A DNA stretch of 64,000 nucleotides, taken from contig CM059432.1 of assembly GCA_030390025.1 (NCBI GenBank), positions 133,984,001 to 134,048,000 of the forward strand. The letters are read 5' to 3'. Under the pieces are notes generated by a model, which saw only the letters and a program-made list of their open reading frames with translations, was not told the DNA's origin and searched no databases. Shown piece after piece: positions 52,558-64,000 of the stretch. Every line of letters starts with the position of its first letter. The first letter of the stretch is position 1. The translations under genes were made by a program, and so were the position numbers. Source of the stretch: Squalus acanthias (Eukaryota).

Positions 52558-53648
52558 AATATACATAATATAAAGTTTTTTTGGTGGTTTTCATACCGTT
52601 GTGGTGTGAGTTAGGATACGGGCAGCAGAGTTTTGGATGAGTTCACGTTCATGGAGGGTGGAAGATGAGAGGCCGACCAGGAGGGCATTGGAATAGCGAT
52701 TCTAGAGGTAACAAAGGCATGGATGAGGCTTTCAGCAGCAGATGAGCTGAGGCAGAGGCAATTGTGGGTATTGTACCATGCCTTTTTATTCTGAAAATGT
52801 TCCCAATTATTTATTTACTCCACAGTATATAATTCCTTTCATTGGTGAACTTGCTTCTTCTGCTTTATCCATCCACTCGCTGTATGCATTTCGTTAAAGG
52901 AGCTCATCATGTGATATCAGGCCAATTTTCTACTGCTCTAATTTTGTTATACTCTGATGGAACAGCCAGAAATCAATACCCACCTGGGAATACCTTAGAT
53001 ATGAGGCATGTCCAGATAATTCTTGCAGGAGAGTTGTACTTTATAAAGGCAATTGTGGGTATTATCCGTAATGGAAGTGGAATGTCTGACAGCTCAGACT
53101 ATATAATGGTTGTAAAAATTTCTTACATGTGCAATAAATTCTTGGCTTTCTACTTCCAATTCATATGTGGTCTCATTGAATACTGACATCCAAGGTAATG
53201 GGAATAATAATTTGCAACATGTGTACAATATGCTTTAGTTACCCTGATACAGCCCATGTCCCTGTCCAGCCTGCTACGTATTCTTCAGAATTATGCAAAA
53301 TTGTTTGCTATGCTAATGTAAGGATCAAGATCCCAAATTTTTGTGGGCCATCTGGCTCACTGCCACCTTAAATTGGGCAGGAGTGTGGCAGAAGGCCTGG
53401 AAATGGGGCTTCCGGGGAATGTCATAGCAATGGGCCTCCAGCACCATTTTCTGCCCCCCAGTGCTATTCCAGGCACCCGACAGCTGTGTGTAGTGGTGTT
53501 GAAAACCCAACAGAATATTTAAGATAGGAGACCTCCCGTTGGCCCTGCGTACTCTGGCAGGGCCAGCGGCGGAGGTTCCTGGTGGGCAGATTCCTGGCCT
53601 TTACGGTAGGTGTCAGCCCCATAGATTCACATCCCCCCAAAGCTCAAC

Positions 53649-53895
53649 AGGACTGAGTGGTGCAATAGTCTTGAATAGTGTCCTTTCACTTTTGAGAGCC
53701 AGGCCTGGATCAAGCCCAGACACGAGATAAATGTCTCCACTCTTTCTCTCTGAAGGCTGTTAAAAGTTCGAAGTGAAATAAGTTTGACCGGTGTAAGCCC
53801 GGTTTCCAGAGCATACTGAGTCTTGACACAAATCATCCCAACAGTTGACATTAATTGGCACTAATTAGTCAATCTCAGAGAGAACATGAGAATGT
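53649..53895 (+). mobile_element. LF-SINE-like relic
   Basis: Colinear blocks cctttcac, atcaagcccag, ctgaaggctgt, gtgaaataagtt, aattggcactaatt, tctcagagag match my recollection of the LF-SINE consensus; not computed. Confidence 0.55.
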
Positions 53896-54507
53896 CCAGT
53901 GTGATAAATTAAAATGTCATGTTTTTGGGAATGCTATTTTTAATTTCTATTCATAATCTTCAACATAAATGTTTCTACTGGTACACAGAGCTGTCTTTAA
54001 GCTAAAAGCAGTTAACTCCTTTTAAAGAAGCAGGATAAATATCTGGTTCAGAGCAGGATTGATGACTATAGGAATAAACATGCATGATAAAATATTCTGC
54101 AGAACACAGTGGTTCCTGTGCTGCTGGGACCATGGGAATGTCATCTATGGAATGCAAACACTCAGGGTTGAACAATGTAGATTGTAATGTTAGACTGATA
54201 GTTCTGGAATTTCAGTTTTTTACCTTGGAAGAAGAAATTTCACAGACTTTTATCTTCTTGAAACCTTTACCTATGGTTAGTTACACTGCCCTTAGGAGAT
54301 CAAAAAGTTGGATAGAGACTACAATAACGCAAATGAAGCCCAGGCTGTGGAAGGGTGAGGCTTGATGGTCTGAATGACTTGTTTTGGTTCATATTTTAAA
54401 AAAAACTCACAATCTGGAGAAGCTCTATGTTGCATTTAACCTGTGCTCCACCTGACAGTGGAATGATTAATCCTGATACTGGTGGATAAACAAAATAGAA
54501 AAATATA

Positions 54508-54719
54508 GGAACAGATTTTCCAATTCCCGTGCCTGGGCATATTGGATCACCAGGCAGGGCGAATACAGGAAAATTGGGCGGGGAGGATAGTACATCCCGT
54601 AAAGGAGCATTACAAATGGAAAATTATGTGGCGTCCCTTACAGGCACGCAATCCTCCCCATCTGATTTTCCTCTATTCACTGTGCTCAGGAGATCTACAG
54701 GAACAGAAAAACCTGCCCC
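54508..54719. mobile_element. Degenerate foldback MITE
   Basis: Mirrored arms aggaaaat..ggggaggat / atcctcccc..attttcct; ata on both flanks. Confidence 0.65.
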
Positions 54720-55086
54720 ATAATGTTCAATTTCTGATCACATTTGTTCCCGACCAGAAACAGCACAAAATTCACAAGAACAAAAAATGTTTTTTTCCAA
54801 AATAGAAGAGAGAGCAAAAGACCTACAACAGGATACATAGAGATATAACTTACATCTTTAAAGACATTGGGTAAGTGAAATATTTATCATTTTAAAAATA
54901 CATGGACATTATGCAATGTACAGTAGTAGGGTTTATATTGAAAAATGGCTTTACCAGATATTAAGTAAGATTAAACTGAACAATTAATTATTCAGGTTTA
55001 AGTAACCTAAGAAGCTCTGTTACACACATTCCTTTTTCTCTGTTAATGTCATGATTTCAGTTGGCTTTCGTACTTCAGATTTCATG

Positions 55087-55520
55087 TGTCAGCCAGTGGT
55101 TCAGTCAGATGGTTGTGGGTTCAAGTCCCACTCCAGAGACCTGAGTACAAAGATCTAGGCTGATACTCCAGTGCAGTGCTGAGGGAGTGCTGCACTGTCG
55201 GAGGTGCCGTCTTTTGGATGAGATGTTGAACTAAGGCCCCGTCTTCTCTCTCAGATGGACATAAAAGATTCCATGGCCACTATTTTGAAGAAGAGCAGGG
55301 GAGTTATCCCCGGTGTCCTGGCCAACATTTATCCTTTAAACAACATAACAAAAACAAATGACCTGGTCATTATCACATTGCTGTTTGTGGGACCTTGCTA
55401 TGCGCAATTGGCTGCCGTGTTTCCTACATTACAACAGTGACTCCACTTCAAAAGTACTTCATTGGCTGTAAAGTGCTTTGGGGCATCCTGAGGTCATAAA
55501 AGATGCTATATAAATGCAAG
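55087..55520 (+). mobile_element. DeuSINE
   Basis: Family match. Confidence 0.88.
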
Positions 55521-55886
55521 GCTTTTTTTATATATATATAATTACTCAATTATGCTACTTTAACTAATCTGAGTGGTTTGCTTTTGGTGCCTAAGCACCA
55601 ATGGGTGAGGGAGAAGATAATTGGCCAGGGTGTCTGCTCTTCATCACTATCTAGCACCTCTCCTTGAAGTATACTTATGGTTGTTGGGTTAGAACGATAT
55701 CAGGTTTGGACATGATACCTCCACTGTCAAGGCTCAAAATTAGGGGAGGCACTGGAGCACATCCAGCGGTCATTGAACCTACCCCAACATGGAGTCAGGA
55801 GAGGAGGGGATAGGAGAAAATTGGCAGGATTATAGTATCATAGAATGGTTTTACACTTAAATTTGAACTAGTTAGCTGCTCTCGGA

Positions 55887-56341
55887 CGTGGCTCAGTGGG
55901 TAGCACTCTCGCCTCTGAGTCAGAAGGTCGTAGGTTCAAGTTCCACTCCAGGAACTTGAGCACATAAAGCTAGGCTGACACTCCAGTGCAATGCTGAGGG
56001 AGTGCTGCACTGTTGGAGGTGCTGTCTTTTGGATGAGACATTAACCAAGGCCCTGTTTGCTCTCTCAGGTGGACTTAAAAGATCCTATGGCACTATTTTG
56101 AAGAAGAGCAGGGGAGTTATCCCCGGTGTCCTAGCCAATATTTAGCCCTCACTCAACATTGCAAAAATCAGATAATCTGGTCATTATCATGTTGCTGTTT
56201 GTGGGAGCTTGCTGTGCGCAAATTGGCTGCCACGTTTCCTACAGTGACTGCACTTCAAAAGTACTTCATTGGTTGTAAAGTGCTGTGGGACATCCTGAGG
56301 TCGTGAAAGGCGCCATATAAATGCAAGTATTTCTTTCTTTC
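55887..56341 (+). mobile_element. DeuSINE
   Basis: A and B boxes plus Deu core. Confidence 0.9.
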
Positions 56342-56469
56342 TAAATTCAAGTAAAGAAGAACAGAACAATGTTATTCACCCATTTAATTATTGGTTCTTG
56401 TTTGATTTATACCATAGAAGAGGAAACGCATTAGATCCTCTGGATAATCAGATTTGAGCCTGTGATTTT

Positions 56470-57656
56470 TTTTTTATTCGTTCATGGGATGTGGGCGTCG
56501 CTGGCAAGGCCAGCATTTATTGCCATCCCTAGTTGCCCTTGAGAAGGTGGTGGTGAGCCGCCTTCTTCAACCGCTGCAGTCCGTGTGGTGAAGGTACTCC
56601 CACAATGCTGTTAGGGAGGGAGTTCCAGGATTTTGACACAGCGACGATGAAGGAATGGCGATATACTTCTAAGTCAGGATGGTGTGTGACCTGGAGGGGA
56701 ACTTGGAGGTGGTGGTGTTCCCATGCATCTTCTGCCCTTGTCCTTCAAGGTGGAAGAGATCGCGGGTTTGGGAGGTGCTGCCAAAGAAGCCTTGGCGAGT
56801 TGCTGCAGTGCATCTTGTAGATGGTACACACTGCAGCCACAGTGCACAGGTGGTGGAGGGAGTGAATGTTTAAGGTGGTGGATGGGGTGCCAATCAAGCG
56901 GGCTGCTTTGTCCTGGATGGTGTCGAGCTTCTTGAGTGTTGTTGGAGCTGCACTCATCCAGGCAAGTGGAAAGCATTCCAACACACTCCTGACTTGTGCC
57001 TTGCAGATGGTGGAAAGGCTTTGGGGAGTCAAGAGGTGAGACACTCGCCGCAGAATACCTAGCTTCTGACCTGCTCTTGTTACCACAGTATTTATATGGC
57101 TGGTCCAGTTAAGTTTCTGGTCATTGGTGACCCCCAGGATATTGATGGTGGGGCATTTGGCAATGGTAATGCCGTTGAATGTCAAGGGGCGGTGGTTAGA
57201 CGTTCGCTTTTAGGAGATATTCATTGCCTGGCACTTGTGTGGCGCGAATGTTACCTGCCACTTATCAGCCCAAGCCTGAATGTCGTCCAGGTCTTGCTGC
57301 ATGTGGGCAAGGACTGCTTCATAATCTGAGGAGTTGCGAATGGCATTAAACACTGTGCAGTCATCAGCAAACATCCCCACTTCTGAGCTTATGATGGAGG
57401 GAAGGTCATTGATAAAGCAGCTGAAGATGGTTGGGCCTAGGACACTGTCCTGAGGAACACCTGCAGCGATGTCCTGGGGCTGAGATGATTGGCCTCCAAC
57501 AATCACAACCATCTTCCTTTGTGCTAGGTATGACTCCAGCCAGTGGAGCGTTTTCCCCCTGATTCCCATTGACTTCAGTTTTACCAGGGCTCCTTGATGC
57601 CACACTCGGTCAAATGCTGCCTTGATGTCAAGGGCAGTCACTCTCACCTCACCTCT
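56470..57656 (-). mobile_element. CR1-group LINE (third family), 3' part with RT
   Basis: ALDIKAAFDRVWH..GVPQDSVLGPTIFSCFINDLP..MFADDCT; shorter copies at 3585-3905 (+), 4395-4849 (-), 21225-21692 (-), 34000-34265 (-), 38335-38425 (+), 60915-61030 (-). Confidence 0.92.
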
Positions 57657-57752
57657 ACGAACTAACTTGTATTAAGTTCTGAACAAAATTAATTAGGCCT
57701 GAATTTTCCGGCCTCCTCCCACTGTCTTTCCTTGGTAGATCTGGGGCAGATG

Positions 57753-58105
57753 TAAGGTTGTCAACCCTCCAAGATTGTCCTGGAGTCTCCAGGAATTAAA
57801 GATTAATCTCCAGGACACTTCTGCGAGATAATCATAGGAGCAGTAAATAAAATTGTGTTTTGTTCATTTTCTTTTGAACACTTTCATTTATTAGTTATAA
57901 AAATATTGGAGATGTGGAACAATAGGTTGTTTCACTGACAGTCAAGAATCATCCAATTGGGTGACAAAGAGTCTGTTCCCTTTTCAATTGGCCACGGGAA
58001 GGCTGTGCGCCCGGAGGACGGACCAATGGCGGGAGTGAGGGGGGAGCGCGGGAGGTCATGTGATGAAACCTCCAGGAATACACCCAACCAGAGTTGGCAA
58101 CCCAA
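57753..58105 (+). mobile_element. hAT non-autonomous element
   Basis: TIR taaggttgtcaac / gttggcaacccaa; perfect 8-bp TSD ggcagatg. Confidence 0.88.
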
Positions 58106-58607
58106 GGCAGATGGGACCAGGAACAACTTGCTCAGGGATACACTTTGCTGTGACCCAGCCTCCCCTCCCCCCACCCCACATTCCAAACAGTAGGCCCAGC
58201 GGCATAACATTTCCTGTTTCGTACTTTCTCTACAACTTTTCTCACCAATTTCCTGCCATCCCACCTTTCTCTGAAGGGGATGAATCCCTTACAGTTGTAG
58301 GATTGTCCTCTAGTGCATCCCCCAAGTGGTCATTATTCACGTATGAACTTTGACATTGAGTGCCGTCACATTATCTGTGGAGGGCATGACCATGACCTCA
58401 CCTGACGTCCAGCGGTGATTGGCTTATAATGATCAGGAGCGGATTCCCTCCGCAATTTTCCTTCCCTAACTCAGGACAGCTAACGCAAGCTGGTACTCCA
58501 ACTAAGGTCAGCACAAACCAGGGGCTGAACCAGTGATCTTCCTGGACTGTATTACTCAGAGACAGTAACCTTCATGTCAGTATCTTCAGCCTATTACTAA
58601 AAGATGC

Positions 58608-58710
58608 TGAAATAAAAAACAGAACATGCTGGAAATACTCTGCAGGTCAGGCAGCATCTGTGGAGAGAGAAACAGAGTTAACGTTTCAGATCGATGACCT
58701 TTCATCAGAA
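58608..58710 (-). mobile_element. Short Penelope tail with a hammerhead core
   Basis: Minus strand reads tt-CTGATGA-aaggtcatcgatct-GAAA-cgttaact; TSD aaaagatgc at 58599-58607 and 58709-58717. Confidence 0.8.
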
Positions 58711-61700
58711 AAGATGCGGTTACTCAGCAACCACCTTTACAACCATACAGTACATCATAAGTATCTTGAAATTTATTATTGCCTACGATATTGGGTTCCA
58801 TGTTATCTCTGATTAGTTTCTAAGAAAACCCTTAAAATTTGTTTGAATTTCAGCTCTGTCCGCATATCTGAAATCTCTAAAATACAAATTTGCAAGGCTA
58901 CGGGGAAAGGGCAGGGAAGTGGGACTAGCTGAAGTGCTCTTGCAGAGAGCCGGCATGGGCTCGATGGGCCGAATGGCCTCCTTCTGTGCTGTAACCATTC
59001 TATGATTCTATTCTTTTTACAAGGTAATGAATAGTCCAGTAACTTAGTCCAGTAACCTATACCATTCAGTCGAACACATTTAAGGAAATTGAGCATGACA
59101 TGAAAGCGGATACTCATCTGTTAAGTTCACAGAAAGTTCATAATTTACTAATTTAAAGTGTCATTTTTCATGTTCTCACTTGGTTTGGTTTTTGAAGAAC
59201 TCCCTAAGATCTAAGGAATGTCAGATGGGAATGTCAAATGGCAACAAATTAGTGGGGGGGGAAATCACTTTACAAGTACCACAGTCCATCAGGTGGGTTC
59301 TGGTCCCTGTGTAATGAAAACATTTACTTCTAGCACTATCTTCAGTTTCCTAGATAGCCAGGGCATTTTAATTCCAGTGTATATGAAGGGTGGGGGGGGG
59401 AATTTATAACCCTCCAAACATGCGGTTTTTGCTAGGTAGCACCAATGAGAATATTAGAAATTTGAGGAACAAGAAAAAGATTATTAGGCACAATTGAGCC
59501 AGTTCCTTTTTGATAGAAAATATTTGGGGATGTTTTTAATGAATTATTATTTATTCCTTTTAACCCCTTACTATATCTCCATTGGCATAATGGGCGGCCA
59601 ATTTGAAACATGTCACCGCCCGAGACGAATTTCTAGGCCTGAATGTTTTCTGTTTTTGATGCAGCGTGCTTTGCTTTAGTACTGCATTTAGCATTATGTC
59701 TTAACTCCTGTCTGTGACATTTTCCATGACAGAGGTAATATAAGTTTTAATACGCTGGCAGGAAATTAACTATGGCCACAATCATTCCGCATCTATAATA
59801 ATGCTTATTAACAATCTACGGGGTACTGGATGAGTTCAGCAGGGGATGGGACATTGCCTTGGTTTAAATTGGTGTGGTTTGTTTAAACATTTTTGTGCTG
59901 TCTCGGAGAGAAAGTTAACGCGATAATGGTGCGTGTGTTAGGCACGAATATATATTGTCCAGATTCAGCTAAGTATCAGCATAAAGCTATTGTGTAATTT
60001 AAATTCCACAGATGTGACATTAGTTAGTAGCCACAAGGCTTTTGTGCAGCTCAAATTTCAAAATTGAAGAAAGAACAAAGATTCCTTTAATACTTGAAAC
60101 AGCAAACATGAATCCAAACTGTTAACGTGGATTCACTAATTTGAATCAAGACATTTGTAATAGTCAATATAGGAAATGAATGCAAATTTAGTCATTCAAA
60201 ATAAGCACTTGGCATAAAAAGGACAGAGGCATCTGTGATGGATTTCAAGACTTCATAGACGACTAATTGACGCCTCACTGGTAGATTCTGCACAGACGAA
60301 TCTTCTGACTACTTATAATTTTGTGAGACCTTAAGAATTAATCACTGCTGGAGTCTTCTTCACCTGCAAGTATCTGTGTATAAATGACACCAATACCAAC
60401 TGCAATAGCTCACCTACTTCGAATTAAATCTGATGAAGTATTAGGTTTAAACAAAAAAAAAATTCCTTTAGATTTCAGAGAATTCAGATGTAGGGCAAAG
60501 TTAAAAAAAATCTATTGAATGTTACCACATCTTTGCAATAGCAACTGGTTTGGGGAGATCAGGTTGTGCAATGGGTTGGAACATTTTTAGGTCTGATTTG
60601 CTTTTGGTACATTAAGAGTTATTTTTCTCTTGCCCATTTTTCTTAGCGCACTCACAGGCACACACAGATTTACTCATAATGCTTTATTGGAGGTTGGAAT
60701 CATAGAATCATGGAATGATACAGCATAGAAGGAGGCCATTCGACCCGTCAAGCCTGTGCGGGCTCTTTGAAAGAGCTGTCCAATTAGTCCCACTCCCCCA
60801 CCACCCCCCTGCTCGTTCCCCATAGCCCTGGTTAAATTGGGATGCATTGCAATTAGTGTAAAACTGACCAGAAAAGCTGCAATAATGTTGCTCAATCATC
60901 AGTTTTTAAAAATTAAATCTTGGGATATGGGCACGGCTGGCAAAGGCGGCATTTATTGCCCATGCCTAGTTGCCCTTGAGAAGGTGGTCCTTCTTCTTGA
61001 CCCGCTGCAGTCTGTGTGGTGAAGGTACCCCTGCAAGTTAATCCCCTAGTAGGCACGTAAGCACAATAAATAACAGTTGGTCCATTAATACAGCAAAGTG
61101 CGCAAATTGAAGCATTGATGGAGGGAGTAAGCTGCAAAAAGGCATAGAACCTTACAGTACAGGAGGCTATTCAGCCCATCGCACATGTGCCAGCTCACTG
61201 TAAAAGGTCTAATCAGTCCCAGTCGCTGCCCTTTTACTATGCCCATACTTTTCTAACTCTTCCACTACTGATCAGTAACTATTTTCTCCTATGTGAAGCA
61301 GCTGGAAATCTTTTTTGTTACTATTTAAAAGGTGTTGTATAATGCAAATTACTGTTGAAGTTGCCTGCTTCACTGAACAAGCCCTTCAGATTATTGTGAA
61401 ATGCAGGAGGAAATGGAGAAATGCTCCTACGGGTCAGAAGGGCAGCCTACAACAAAGCAGACGGTCCAGGAGGCCACAGAAAACAACACTTGCTGGAGGT
61501 CAACATGGTTTCCACAGGCCACCATGTTTGGAGGGATATGCAGAAGATGGTATAGAATCGTAGCATGATACAGCACAGAAGGAAGCCATTCGGCCCATCA
61601 TGCCTGTGAAAGAGCTATCCAATTAGTCCCAATCCCATGCTCCTTCCCCATAGCCCTGCAAATTCTCTCCCCTTCAAGTATATATCCAATTCCCTTTTGA

Positions 61701-62446
61701 AAGTTACTATTGAATCTGCTTCCACCACCCTTTCAGGCAGTGCGTTCTAGATCACAACAACTCGCTGCGTTAAAAAAAAAAATCCTTGTGTTGCCTCTGG
61801 TTCTTTTGCCAATCACCTTAAATCTGTGTCCTCTGGTTAGCGACCCTTCTGCCACTGGAAAGAGTTTCTCCTTATTTACTCGATCAAAATCATATTTCAT
61901 TGGAAGAAAGGTGCCGAGGTAAGCAATAAGGATCACTGTCAATTATTGCCACATTACTATAATGGGTACGAGTGTCAATTACTTCACATGGCTACATATG
62001 GAAATGATTGGCAAGTATCTAATATTTGCAGAAATTCCAATTCAAGGAGGTCACGGGTGCCTGAATAAATTTGCACAAGAATATTATTATCCCAAATTTA
62101 GCCAATAGATTGTTGAAAATGAGAATATTTCCGAACTATTAGAACAGGCTAGGAAAGTCTTGCCAGCAGCTGAGAATGACTGTTCTAACTATCTTTACAC
62201 ACATGGTAGAGCTAACCACACAGATAGAACTGACGCACAGAGTGTCTCACTCTGCTTTCCCATCTTAAGCTAAGAAGGTATTTTACATTTTATTCTACCA
62301 GACCAAACAATACATACACTGTTTTGTAACCTTTGCCTCTCTCTGCAAAATTACCCCTCAAACTAGGCAAGCTGTTCCTTTTTCTTACAGAAGGTGGCTT
62401 TCATCAGGCACCACAGGGCTGGTATTATTGGTAAAAAGGATGAAGG

Positions 62447-63006
62447 AACATGCATTTATATAGCACCTTCCACAACCTCAGGACATCACAAACCGCTTTA
62501 TAACCAATGAAGTACTTTTGACGTATAGTCACTGTTGTAATGTAGGAAACGCAGCAGCCAATCTGCTCACAGCAAGGTCCCACAAACAGCAATGTGATAA
62601 TGACAAAATAATCTGTTTTAAGAACATAGGAACAGAAGAAATAGGAGCAGGAATAGGCCACTTGGCCCCTCGAGCCTGCTCCGCCATTCAATAAGATCAT
62701 GGCTGATCTTGGGCTCAAAGCCACTTTTATGGATGTTGATTGAGAGATAAGTATTGGCTAGGACACCGGGGAGAACTCCCCTACTCTTCATCAAAATAGT
62801 ACCATGGGATCTTGTACATCTACCTGAGAGGGCACATGGGGCCTCGGTTTAATGTCTCATCCGAAAGACGGCACCTCCAACAATGTAGCACTCCTGTAGT
62901 ACTGCAGTGGATTGTCAGCCTAGATTTTGTACTCAAGTCCCTGGAGTGGGACTTGACGCCACAACCTTCTGACTCAGAGGTGAGAGTGCTACCCACTGAG
63001 CCACAG
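62447..63006 (-). mobile_element. DeuSINE with a CR1 tail inserted at about 62620-62725
   Basis: Family match on both sides of the insert. Confidence 0.88.
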
Positions 63007-63029
63007 TAGCTGCAGCAAAAGTTTCACCC

Positions 63030-63520
63030 TGCTACCAGGAGATTATACAGGCCCTAGGGTAACACTGCTGGTTTACGCAGTGATAATCACATGGGTTCAT
63101 GGTAGATTTTCACTAGTTCAAAGAGTGCTTGTGCACCAACCGTGAAAAACACACGTAGTGTCATTGTAACAACCACAGGCATACAGTATCACTAACATCC
63201 AAAGGTAGACCCGGGCATGCAAGTGACAAGCACAGTTGGAGCAGCTCCCACCAATGATGTGGAAGCATTGAGGTCCACAATCCAAGATGCAATAAGTGTC
63301 AATTTCAACACCCCGTGAAGCAGACTGGGGACAAACGTCAAGGAGAGATTCAGAGACCTTGCATTGCAGCAATCTAATGATATCTGTACACAGACAAAGA
63401 TTGCTCTAACCCGCCTTGTGCACAACTGAAATCAGGACACTGCCCCCCATAGTGGCATGCATGCAGAATCACAGGAAAAGATCGGTGGCTCTCAGGTAAT
63501 TCTTTGCCAGCATCTATCCC
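63030..63520 (+). pseudogene. Possible highly decayed RNase H-bearing LINE fragment
   Basis: Frameshifted motifs IFTSSKSA, IQ..PGHA and AQLKSGHCP occur in the order expected for I-group ORF2 C-termini. Confidence 0.35.
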
Positions 63521-64000
63521 TGGGGAAGTGACAGGAGAAGCACTGTAAAGCATGAAGGCCCCCTCCCCATAGACAGAATGGGATAGGTTAATCCTGGTAC
63601 ATAAGCAGGACTGCCTGAGTCTGGAACATGTGGAGTTGAGCAGCCATTGGAATTGCAAGTGGAGTTCCCACCACATATAGTGGGCGCATTCATGCTAACA
63701 CGATTTGCCCACTATACATGGTGGATGCTAAAACCATTGGATTCCCTGGTGCCTAAGATTTTGGAGAAGTAAGGATCTAGGATCCCTAATCTAGTTGAAA
63801 AGTGGTGGGGACTGTATTCCATGATGCTAAATCGATCCAAAATCAGATAATGATTTATTTAAATGGATGCCAACATGTCACTGTCCCTACATTACAACAG
63901 TGACTACACTTCCAAAGTACATCATTGGCTGTAAAGCGCTTTGGGATGGCCTGAGGTCCTGAAAGGCGCTAGAGAAATATCACTTATTTCTTTCTTTTAG

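Overview
This is vertebrate non-coding DNA, most likely from a cartilaginous fish (shark). That assignment is inferred from the repeat content: Deu-domain tRNA-SINEs resembling SacSINE1/AmnSINE1, CR1 and L2 LINEs, Penelope-like elements, PIF/Harbinger and hAT transposons. I cannot support any intact host protein-coding gene; the recognisable ORFs are broken transposon pieces. The window is a dense, nested TE landscape with several TE-free islands, one of which (about 32.7-33.2 kb) may be a minus-strand promoter and first exon. The most interesting signals are: (1) Penelope 3' tails carrying minimal hammerhead-ribozyme cores, including one TSD-flanked insertion that is an inverted pair with a core on each strand; (2) a Harbinger-type MITE family carrying NRF1/ETS/CCAAT/E-box motifs and five same-strand consensus splice donors conserved between diverged copies; (3) two cases of nearby DNA copied into other elements; (4) Harbinger deletion derivatives that fuse the starts of the two convergent genes; (5) an LF-SINE-like relic. 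Family names come from motif recognition and recall, not database searches. Element boundaries are approximate unless TIRs or TSDs are quoted.
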